DNA of 64,000 bases from Armatimonadota bacterium (GTDB taxonomy: Bacteria; Armatimonadota; UBA10988): the NCBI GenBank assembly GCA_016235455.1, contig JACRKZ010000102.1, positions 7,744 through 71,743 of the forward strand, in the 5' to 3' direction. Position 1 is the stretch's first letter. Every line of letters begins with the position of its first letter. The position numbers were made by a program, and so were the translations under genes. Below the pieces are notes generated by a model. The model was not told where the DNA came from, did no database searches, and was given only the letters and a program-made list of their open reading frames with translations. Below, in pieces: positions 46,337-55,183 of this stretch.

Positions 46337-46918
46337 ATGCACGCCGAGCAGAATCCCACAACCCGAGACGCGGCTGCGTTCGAGGCGGCTTGTGCGCAGT
46401 GGCGTGGCGAGCTGCAGCGGCTGGCGCTGGGCATTCTGCGCCAACCCGACACGGCCGACGACGTGGTGCAGGAGGCGTTGCTGCGGCTGTGGACCGCCGA
46501 CCCGCCACCATCGACCCAGGGCACGCGGTCCTGGCTGCTCAGGGTCACCACCAACCTGGCGCTCAACGCGCTGCGCAGCGCGCGCCGCCGGCCGGCCGAC
46601 CCGGTCGATCCCGCGAGGCTGGGTCTGGCCCTGGCCGCGGGCGCGGGCCTGGCGGCCGGCAGTCAGCCGCCGGCCACGCCGCATCAGGCATTGGTACGCG
46701 CCGAGACCGACGGCCTGTACCGTCGCGCCCTGGCCGACCTGCCGCCTGCTCAGCGGCAGATCGTGTCGCTGGTCTACGAATCCGAGATGCGCCTGCGCGA
46801 TGTGGCGGAGGCGCTCGGGGTGCCCGAGGGCACCGTCAAGTCGCGGCTGCACGCCGCCCGCGCCAAACTGTCGCGCCGCTGGCGCGAACTGGCCCCCGAC
46901 TGGGAGGATGAGTCATGA
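46337..46918 (+). CDS. ECF-subfamily sigma-70 factor
   Basis: Region 2: ADDVVQEALLRLW...SWLLRVTTNLALNALRS. Region 4.2 HTH: MRLRDVAEALGVPEGTVKSRLHAARAKL. Start could alternatively be the GTG at 46313. The TGA stop overlaps the ATG of the next gene (ATGA). Confidence 0.8.
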   Translation: MHAEQNPTTRDAAAFEAACAQWRGELQRLALGILRQPDTADDVVQEALLRLWTADPPPSTQGTRSWLLRVTTNLALNALRSARRRPADPVDPARLGLALAAGAGLAAGSQPPATPHQALVRAETDGLYRRALADLPPAQRQIVSLVYESEMRLRDVAEALGVPEGTVKSRLHAARAKLSRRWRELAPDWEDES

Positions 46919-49881
46919 ACCCCATTCCGCCAACCCCCTGGCACGCCGCCTCGTTTGACCACTGCCTGCGCGGCAGCCTCCCGCGGCTTCTTGCCGAGCG
47001 ACTGCCGTTGAGCGGTTACCACGTCGCGCCCGGCGAGGACGGCCAGGTGCGCGTGACGGTGACCGTCGACGCGGCCGCCGCCGTCTACCACCTGCCGGCG
47101 CCCACGCCGGACGGCGTTTTCCACACGCCGCGCGGACCGCGCGTGGTCACGCCGTTGGTGGCCCATGACGATCTGGCCACGGCGGCGGTGGCCTGCGTGG
47201 GCGAGCAGTTGGCCACCATCGTCGAAACGCGCCTGGGCGTCGCGCCGGCCGACATCCCCTGGGACGAGGCGCTGCTGCGCGCCTGGCTGCCGCTGGACGG
47301 TTGGCTGGCCGAGTTGCTGGCCACCGCCGCGCCGCTGGACGAGCGCAATCTGCTGGCCCGCCTGACGCATCTGCGGCGCATCCGCGTGACCGCCATCGGG
47401 CCCGACGGACCGATCCTGCTGCCCGGTCACTGGGGCCGGGTCTGTCCCGTGGAGTCGCCCGAGGGCGAGAACCTGGGCCGGGTGCTGGTGCTGGCGCGCG
47501 GCGCCGGCATCGCCCACGGCCGTATCCTGCCCGCCGGCGCCGAGCCCGCGGAGCAGCTCGGACCTGGCGCGGCCTGCATCCCGTTCCTGCATCACGACGA
47601 CGGCGTACGCGCGCTGATGGGCGCCAACATGATGCGCCAGTGGCTGCCACCCGAGGCGCCGGAGCCGGCGCTGGTGGTCACCGGCCTGGAGCCCGGTGAG
47701 CCGGCGCTGTGGTGCGGGCGCAACCTGCTCACCGGCTACCTGGATGTGGGCGCCGACACCCACGAGGATGCGCTGGTGGTCAGTGCCTCGGCCGCCTCCC
47801 GCCTGGGCCAGCAGGCGCCGCTGGAGCCCGGTGACAAGCTCAGCAACCGCCACGGCCAGAAAGGCGTGGTCAGCGCGATCTGGCCCGACGCGGCCATGCC
47901 GCGGCTGGCCGACGGCACGCCACTCGACCTCGTCGTCAGCCATCTCGGCGTGCAGACCAGGCTCAACCTCGGCCAACTGCTGGAGGCCGTCGCCGGCCGG
48001 CTGGCCCGCGCGGAAGGCCAGGCCGTGGCAGCGCCACCCTACAGCGGGCCGAGCGTCGACGACCTGCGCCAGCGGCTGCGCGCCGCAGGCCTGCCCGAGG
48101 ACGGCATGGAGCGGCTGAGCCTCGACGGCGCGGCGCTGGAACTGCCGTCGACGGTCGGCTACGTGTACTGGGGCAAGCTCTACTTGCGCGCGGCGCCGGC
48201 CCTGCACAGCCAGCCCGCGGGCCATGCCGGCGAGCGCATGGGGTGGCTGGACCACGCTTGCGTGCGCGAGAGCGGCTGCCGCGCCATCCCGGCCGAATGG
48301 GGCGGTCTGGGCTCGGTGGCACGGCTGGCACCGGGCGAACTCGCCGAGCTGCTGGCCGCCGGCGAGCCGCCACCACTGGGTCCGCCGACGCCCTGGCTGG
48401 CGGCGCTGACGCGGCGCCTGGCGGTGCTCGGCATCGGCGTCGAGATCGACAGTGCCGGCCTGCATTTCGGGCTGCGTGAGCCGGACGACGCGCTGGAACT
48501 GGCCGAGCCGGTGCCGCATCCGTGGCACCGCGACCTGCTGCTGACCCGCCTGGGGCCATGGAGCGGCGACGCCTGGGAGGCCACCCTGGCCGCTAACGCC
48601 AGGTTGGCCCGGCTGCGGGCCGAGGCCGCGCCCGACGCCTTGCTGCAGCCCGCGCGCGGCGCGCTGGCCAGCGCCATCGAGGCGCTGGCGCGGCGGCTGG
48701 TGCGCCGCGAGCACCTGTGCGCCGGCGACCGCGTGGCCTACAGCGGTCGTGCGGTCATCGCGCCCGGCGGCGACCTGTGCTGGGACCAGGTCGGCCTGCC
48801 GCGCGACCTGGCGGAGCCGTTGTTCGCGCCGCTGCTGGCCCGGAGCGGCGAGACGGACTTGGCGGCGGTGATGGCGCGGCACTGGCTGTTGGTGACCCGC
48901 GCGCCGGCCGTGGCGGCCTCCGCTCATGTGGCGCTGCGGCCGGTGCTGGTGCCCGACCGCGTCATCCGGCTGCATGCGCTGACGCTGATGATGCTCAACG
49001 CCGACTTTGACGGTGATCAGGTGGCGGTGATGCTGCCGCTCACCGCCGCCACGCAGGCCGAGGCGGCGCAGCGGCTGAGCATCGGCGCCCACCTGGAGCG
49101 CGATTCAGGCTTGCTGGGCTCGCTGCTGCCGCCCATGTCGGCACGCTGGGGCCTGGCCTGGCTCAGCCTGACCACCGCCGGCCGGCAGCAGATCGCCCAC
49201 CTGCTGGGCTTCGAGCTGCCCGACGATGGCCACTTGACCCGCGCCGGCCTGCTGGAAGCCGCGGCGCAGATACGGCTGCGCGACGGCGTGGACGGCCTGA
49301 TGGGCACTCTCGACGCGTTGACCCGGCTGGGCTTCGCCGCGGCCCGGCGTAGCGGCGCGTCGCTGGCGCCGTTCGCCGGCACCACGCGCGCCCTGCCGCC
49401 GCAGCCGCAAGACGATGATCGCGTGGCCTGGGCGGCCTACGCCGAGCAACTCGTCGAGTGCCTGCGGGCCGTGGAGGACTATGCCAACCCCGACCTCGGG
49501 CCGCAGATCCTCGCCGTCAAGTCCGGCGCGCGCGGTACGTGGCGCTTCTTCGAGCGGATGCTCGGCGGCCAGCTCCTACCCGATGGCGCGGCCGGGCTGA
49601 CCCCGCAGAGGCATTCGCAGATCGAGGGCCTGAGCCCCGAGGAGTACCGCCTGCGCCTGCACTCTGGCCGTAGCGCGCTGGCCATGTGGCTCCAGAGCTG
49701 GACGGCCACCTGCACCAGCATCCGCGAGGGCGCCGGCCCGCATGGCTTCGGCGTGCTGGCGCGCGCCTGCCACTCGGCGCAGCCGGGCGTCATCTTCGCC
49801 CGCGCCGCGCTCACCGGCGAGTGCGACCCCCTGGCTGACGCCGCCAGCCGCCTGTTCGTCGGCGTCGCGGACCGCGGGTAG
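46915..49881 (+). CDS. Single-chain miniature RNA-polymerase-like protein fusing the RpoB (beta) and RpoC (beta-prime) catalytic cores, 988 aa
   Basis: RpoB-type motifs: [68 protein letters not shown]...[66 protein letters not shown]. RpoC-type motifs: [50 protein letters not shown]...[53 protein letters not shown] precedes the ATG at 46915. Confidence 0.7.
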   Translation: [988 protein letters not shown]

Positions 49882-49895
49882 TCATGCCTGAATCA

Positions 49896-49975
49896 GATCC
49901 ACAGATTACGCAGGTTGCACAGACTGCTCAGAGGCCAGTCCGAGCGATCTGTGTCATCTGTGTGATCTGTGGATC
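49896..49975. repeat. Extragenic palindromic element, copy C
   Basis: gatccacagattacgcaggttgcacagac tgctcagaggccagtccgagcg atctgtgtcatctgtgtgatctgtggatc. Lies immediately 3' of the mini-RNAP gene, between convergent genes. Confidence 0.8.
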
Positions 49976-49988
49976 CTCAGGGAGATGG

Positions 49989-51038
49989 CTAGCGATTGGC
50001 GCACCAGGTGCGCAGTGTGGCCAGGATGCGCCGTGCGTCGTCCAGTGGGCGGCCGCCCATGTTGAACAGGAACCGCGTGTCGGGCCGCGCCAGGTCGAGC
50101 ATTTCGCGCACGCCGGCCTCGTCGCGCCAGGCGACCATGTGCACCGTCTCGCCGGCGAACAGATCGAGCGCGGGCTTGGGGCCGGGCGGATACTGGAACA
50201 CGCGGTTGAGCCCGCGCAGCCGCGGCACCCGCGCGAACAGCGGGTAGTGCGCGTCGGCCCGAGCGCAGCAGTGCATCCACATGCCGCCGTAGCGCTCGCT
50301 CATGGCCACCAGGCTGGGCAGGCAGAACTGCTCGAACATGGCCGGCGACAGGCTGCCCGTTTCGTCCTCGGACAGTGAGCAGCCCAGCGCCGGCGGCCCG
50401 TAGGCGGCGCCGGGGCAATGGATGGCGTTGTGGCCAGGGAACGCGCGGCGGAAGTCGTCGAGGAAGCCGGTGAGCAGCGCGTAGGTCTTGTCCACCAGTG
50501 CCAGCACCGCCTCGGGCGTGTCCACCATGGCGATGAACATCTCCTCCTTGTTCCAGATCAGCGCGGCAATGTCGAACGGACTCTGGATGTCCGGGCCGGT
50601 GATCGGCGCGTCAGGCCCCAGTTCGGCCTGCACCAGCTCCGCCAGCTCCCACCAGCGCGCCAACCCGCGACCGGCCGACCAGTCGGGCGTCGGCAAGGCA
50701 TCGGCCTCGGCGGCGGCATGCACGAACGGCAGCGCGGCGGCGTTCGAATCCCGGAACGGCACCACGCGGCAGCCAAAGGCCTCGGCGAAAACGCCGGTGT
50801 GCGTGGTCATCGGCGCCACCGGCACGGTGTCGCAGCCCAGCGCCTCGGTCTGCGCCAGCCAGGCGCGGTACTGAGCAACGATGCCCGGCACCCAATCGCT
50901 CACCGGCCGGTCGGACACCGTCACATCGCCCGGGCTGTCGACGAGGCCGGGCGGATCGAAGGTGATGGCATGGCCGGGGAATGGGCCGCTGAACAGATCG
51001 ATCTGGTACTGACGATTGCGCGCAATGCGATCGGGCAT
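49989..51038 (-). CDS. Hypothetical protein, possibly URO-D-like TIM barrel
   Basis: ORF 49989..51251 trimmed to MPDRIARNRQYQIDLF (cat verified at 51036-51038). GGMWMHCCARADAHYPLFARVPRLRGL is weakly reminiscent of the URO-D family HxCG region. Low confidence in the family. Confidence 0.35.
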   Translation of the reverse strand: MPDRIARNRQYQIDLFSGPFPGHAITFDPPGLVDSPGDVTVSDRPVSDWVPGIVAQYRAWLAQTEALGCDTVPVAPMTTHTGVFAEAFGCRVVPFRDSNAAALPFVHAAAEADALPTPDWSAGRGLARWWELAELVQAELGPDAPITGPDIQSPFDIAALIWNKEEMFIAMVDTPEAVLALVDKTYALLTGFLDDFRRAFPGHNAIHCPGAAYGPPALGCSLSEDETGSLSPAMFEQFCLPSLVAMSERYGGMWMHCCARADAHYPLFARVPRLRGLNRVFQYPPGPKPALDLFAGETVHMVAWRDEAGVREMLDLARPDTRFLFNMGGRPLDDARRILATLRTWCANR

Positions 51039-51114
51039 GGCCGACCTCCCAGCCGCGTAGCATAGCGCGTTTGGGGCGCGGTTAGGTACAATCCCCCGAC
51101 TGGGAGCCTGTGCC

Positions 51115-52149
51115 ATGGCCGCTCGCTGGCTGCGCTGTCTGTTGTTGGTCCTGCCCCTCGCCGCCGGAGCCGCTCCGGCTCGCACCGAGCATGTCAGCGA
51201 TGGCGCCGAACTGATGGCCGCCGTGGCGCGCGGTGGCGGCGAACGCAGCATCGTGCTCGACGCGGGTACCTATGAGATAAGTGGGACTCTGAGCTTCGAG
51301 CGCGTGAACCAGGTAAGCGTGCTGGGCAGCGGCTGGAATACGGTCATTCGCAAGACCGGGCCCGGCCCGGCCATGGCCTTCGCCGACTGCGGCTTCTGCC
51401 TGGTGCGCGACCTGCTGATCGTCGGTGACGGCAAGGCTCAGGCCGGCATCGTCTTTGGCGGCCAGAGCAGCTCCAACACCGTCGACAAGTGCCGACTGGC
51501 CGACTTCCTGCTGAGCGGCATCCGCTTCCAGGGCGAGGCCGCCCGCCCCATGTCGTCCAACGTGGTGCGCGACTGCCACTTCGTCGACAACGCTGCCGCG
51601 CAGCTCTACAGCGAGTACAACAACGACTACGCGATCAGCGGCTGCCAGTTTGGCGCGCACCACTCGACCCCCGCCGCCGGCGCGCAGTTGTTGCACTCGT
51701 CGGCCGGCAACTACACCGGTAACTTCCATTGGGGCAACCAGAACGCGCTACTGCTGGGGCCCGGCAGCAACTTCAACCGCATCCAGGCCAACCGCCTGGA
51801 GGAGAGCCAGCGCGAGGCGCTGATCATCGGCTCACCCGAGCCCAGCCCCGCCTGGTCGGGTCATTGCAGCCTGAACATCATCACGGGCAACACCTTCCAC
51901 ACCAACTCCAAGCAAGAGAAGGGCCGCTACGACGCCATCGCCGCCTACGACGCGGTGGACACGACGTTCACCTCGAACCAGGTGTTCTCGTGGGACTCCG
52001 ACCACTTCCGCCACCGCGCGGCGTTGGCGCTGGGTCGCGGCTGTGGCACGTGGATCGTCCGGGACAACATCCTGCGGCACCACACCGGGCCGGCGCTCGT
52101 GTTCGATGCCGGTTCGGGGCATCTGGTGAAGGACAACCTGGGCCAGTAG
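51115..52149 (+). CDS. Secreted right-handed parallel beta-helix repeat protein
   Basis: Signal MAARWLRCLLLVLPLAAGAAPA. Repeated short beta-helix rungs with Asn/Gly ladders (NTVDKCRLADFLLSGIRF, NVVRDCHFVDNAA, NIITGNTFHTN). Confidence 0.5.
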   Translation: MAARWLRCLLLVLPLAAGAAPARTEHVSDGAELMAAVARGGGERSIVLDAGTYEISGTLSFERVNQVSVLGSGWNTVIRKTGPGPAMAFADCGFCLVRDLLIVGDGKAQAGIVFGGQSSSNTVDKCRLADFLLSGIRFQGEAARPMSSNVVRDCHFVDNAAAQLYSEYNNDYAISGCQFGAHHSTPAAGAQLLHSSAGNYTGNFHWGNQNALLLGPGSNFNRIQANRLEESQREALIIGSPEPSPAWSGHCSLNIITGNTFHTNSKQEKGRYDAIAAYDAVDTTFTSNQVFSWDSDHFRHRAALALGRGCGTWIVRDNILRHHTGPALVFDAGSGHLVKDNLGQ

Positions 52150-52375
52150 GCGGGGGAACCAGCTCGATCACGCTGGATTGCCACGGGCCGGCTATGCCTT
52201 GAGGGCGCCGCCACGGGCTCCATGTTCCTGTCAAGGCGATTCCGCTCGCGAACGAGCGCCCGCTGACGATCGCCGCGCCCGGTCGAGTCCTCGTATTGCG
52301 ACATTGTGATCTCCTTCGGTTTACTCCCGGGGGTATTCAGGGTATGAAGCGAAAATAGACCAGGCGTGTCCGATT

Positions 52376-53656
52376 ATGCGGCGCGCCCCGGAGGACGATA
52401 TGGAACTTCGCGGATCCGTGTCAGGACGAGGGCGTACCCTCACTGCTCGACCAACGACGGTGGTGCTGGGGCTGATGGTGGGTGTGCTGCCCTGGCTGAC
52501 CAGCTGCGGTAGCGCCAGCGATGCCGGTGGCAACCCACTGGCCGCGGCCGGCCCGACGAGTGAAGGCGGCCGGGCGGTCGCCTCGAACCCGTATGTGGTC
52601 ATCGGCTGGAACGATCTGGGCATGCACTGCATGAACCAGGACTTCTCGAATCTGATGATCCTGCCGCCGTACAACACACTGCACGCGCAGGTCATCCGGC
52701 GCGGTGAGGAGCCGCAGATCGTCAGCAGCGGCGTGACGGTGAACTACAGCGTGCCGGGCAACACGCGCTCGAGTACCAAGACGAACTTCTGGCAGTACGC
52801 CAAGGCCCTGACCGGCCTGACCTTGGCCAACGATGTCGGCTTGACGGGCCACCGGCTGGCCGGGACCATGACCGCGACGAGCAATCGAGACTGGAGCGTG
52901 ACCGGCGTGCCCATCACTCCGGTGACCGATGTGGGCGCGCTGAACGCCTACCAGATGGCCAGCATCAGTGTGGCTAGCCGGGGTACCACGGTGGCCAACA
53001 CACAGGCGGTGATACCAGTCTCGTGGGAGATAAGCTGCAATCTGTGTCACAACACGCCGGGCATCTCGCCCGATGTGGACATCCTGCGCAAGCACGACAG
53101 CCTGCACGGCACCCAACTGGTCAAGCAGCGGCCGGTGAACTGCGCCAAGTGCCATGCCGAGCCGAACCTGGGCTCGACCGGCGCGCCTGGCGTCAAGAGC
53201 CTGTCGGCCGCCATGCACGGCTCACACGCCAAGCGCATGGCCTCCGCCAAGCTGACCAACGAATGCTACGCCTGTCACCCTGGCGTCAAGACCAACTGCC
53301 AGCGTGACGTGCACAAAGCCAAGGGCATCACCTGCACCGCCTGCCACGGCTCCATGGCCACGGTGGCCGCGCCGAGTAGGCGCCCGTGGGTCGATGAGCC
53401 GAGCTGCGGCAGCTGCCACAAGCGCGCCGGGTTCGAGTTCGAGCAGCCTGGCAAGCTGTTCCGCGACAGCAAGGGCCATCATGGGGTCCAGTGCGCGGCT
53501 TGCCACGGCAGCCCGCACGCCGTCGGGCCCGCTGTGAACGCGGCCGACAACGCCCAGGCCATCGCCCTGCAAGGTCATGCCGGCCCGATCGACACCTGCA
53601 CGGTCTGCCACACCAAGCGGCCGGACGAGGCGTTCGAGCATCGGCTCGACGACTGA
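52376..53656 (+). CDS. Multihaem c-type cytochrome lipoprotein (7 CxxCH motifs)
   Basis: Lipobox LTSCGS. Haem-binding motifs CNLCH, CAKCH, CYACH, CTACH, CGSCH, CAACH and CTVCH sit in the C-terminal 210 aa. The N-terminal ~200 aa domain is haem-free. Confidence 0.8.
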   Translation: MRRAPEDDMELRGSVSGRGRTLTARPTTVVLGLMVGVLPWLTSCGSASDAGGNPLAAAGPTSEGGRAVASNPYVVIGWNDLGMHCMNQDFSNLMILPPYNTLHAQVIRRGEEPQIVSSGVTVNYSVPGNTRSSTKTNFWQYAKALTGLTLANDVGLTGHRLAGTMTATSNRDWSVTGVPITPVTDVGALNAYQMASISVASRGTTVANTQAVIPVSWEISCNLCHNTPGISPDVDILRKHDSLHGTQLVKQRPVNCAKCHAEPNLGSTGAPGVKSLSAAMHGSHAKRMASAKLTNECYACHPGVKTNCQRDVHKAKGITCTACHGSMATVAAPSRRPWVDEPSCGSCHKRAGFEFEQPGKLFRDSKGHHGVQCAACHGSPHAVGPAVNAADNAQAIALQGHAGPIDTCTVCHTKRPDEAFEHRLDD

Positions 53657-53759
53657 CGCAATAGCTCATCACCGAGCGCACGGGGAGCACAGGGATCGGC
53701 CCGTTCCGGGTTCGCGCCCTGTGCTCTCTGTGTGCTTGGTGACGATGCGGCGGCGCGCA

Positions 53760-55043
53760 CTAAGCCGACGGGTCGGCCACGCGGCCCAGGAACAGCACCG
53801 CGCCGGTGGGCCGGTCGCGCAGCACCAGCAGGAACGGCCGGTCGATGGTCAGCGTGACGTGGTCACCGGGTGCCGAGGTGGCGCCGATGACCACCGCCGT
53901 GGCCGCGGCGGCTTCGGTGCCGGTCTCGTCGATACGCACGTACGCCTTGTGCAGCACATCGCTGATGGCCAGGTCGCGCCGGCCGTCGATGCCGCTCAGG
54001 TCGGCCAGGGATCCGTCGAAGGCGTCGGTCATGCCCAGCGACTGGAGCGCGGCACTGAGCGGCAGGCTGCTCTCCACCTTGAACTTGGGTAGCGCCAACG
54101 AGACGTCGGTGTTTCTCAACCCACCGAGGATCGCCGTCAGCCGCGCCGCGTCGAGCGCGTTCTCCACCGCGGCGAAGCGGCCGGCGTCGGGCACGAGCAG
54201 CAGCAAGGACAACTGCTCGCCGGCGTAGGGCAGTTCCACCGCGCGCCAGCCGTCGCCGGCCGCATACGGCAGGGCTTGGCGCTGGTTCATGAACGTCACG
54301 GTGACGCTGACGCCAGCCAGCGTGGTGAAGGAGCGGTCGGCGGTCTGCGCCACCTCGAACGGCGTGGCCCAGGGCGCCAGGAAGTAGATGGCGTTGGTCA
54401 GCACCAGCCGCGTCAGCGTCGTCACCGCGCCCGGCGGCAGGAGATTGTTGATGCGGTCGGCGGTCTGGTCGCTGACCCACTGGTTGATGGTGCCGCGCGC
54501 CGCCTCGGCGTTGGCCTGGTAGTCCACCACCCTCATGCCCGCGCCGTAGTTGACCGCCAGCGTGTCCAGGAAGGCCGACTGGAACGTCTCGCCGCGCTGG
54601 CCCCAGATGGCGTTGGCCACGCGCAGCCGGAAGCCCTGGTTGCCGTTTTGCCCCGCCTCGCGCGCGGCCAGCGCCAGGTCGAGCGCGTCGAACGCCGGGT
54701 GCAGCCGCGCCGCGGGCAGGTCGTAGCCGAGCGCGGCGGCCATCTGCGTCGCGGTGTTGCCAGCGGCGCCGGCATAGGCCATGGCCAAGGCCAGCGACAC
54801 GCTGTAGGGTGAGAAGAAGAGGTTGCCCGAGCGGCTCTGGGTGCCATACAGGTTGAGTGCAAAGCGCGTGTTGCCCGCCACCAGCGCGGCCAGATCGCCA
54901 GCGGGCACAACGGGTGACGTGTTGCGCGGCAGATCCGAGGCGATGCGCGACGAGTCGCCCGACTTGCCGCTCGAGCCGCAGCCGCCCAAAGCGGCATAGC
55001 CGGATGCCAGCGCCAGCATCCGCAGGAGAGAACGCCTGTCCAT
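53760..55043 (-). CDS. Serpin (serine protease inhibitor) family lipoprotein
   Basis: ORF trimmed to MDRRSLLRMLALASGYAALGGCGS (Tat-like plus lipobox; cat verified at 55041-55043). Serpin hallmarks: LVLTNAIYFLAPWATPFE, FKVESSLPL, and the C-terminal signature FLLVLRDRPTGAVLFLGRV. Confidence 0.75.
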   Translation of the reverse strand: MDRRSLLRMLALASGYAALGGCGSSGKSGDSSRIASDLPRNTSPVVPAGDLAALVAGNTRFALNLYGTQSRSGNLFFSPYSVSLALAMAYAGAAGNTATQMAAALGYDLPAARLHPAFDALDLALAAREAGQNGNQGFRLRVANAIWGQRGETFQSAFLDTLAVNYGAGMRVVDYQANAEAARGTINQWVSDQTADRINNLLPPGAVTTLTRLVLTNAIYFLAPWATPFEVAQTADRSFTTLAGVSVTVTFMNQRQALPYAAGDGWRAVELPYAGEQLSLLLLVPDAGRFAAVENALDAARLTAILGGLRNTDVSLALPKFKVESSLPLSAALQSLGMTDAFDGSLADLSGIDGRRDLAISDVLHKAYVRIDETGTEAAAATAVVIGATSAPGDHVTLTIDRPFLLVLRDRPTGAVLFLGRVADPSA

Positions 55044-55183
55044 GATCGACTCCCGCCAGATAGGATGCCACTGCAACGCGGCGACGGCCATGGGTGTTCA
55101 AGACGATGGTACGCGCCACGGGGCGATTATCCTCAGAGAACAGTAGTCGCCCCTCTGACTTCCCGGGGTAATCGCTGTCCGCC

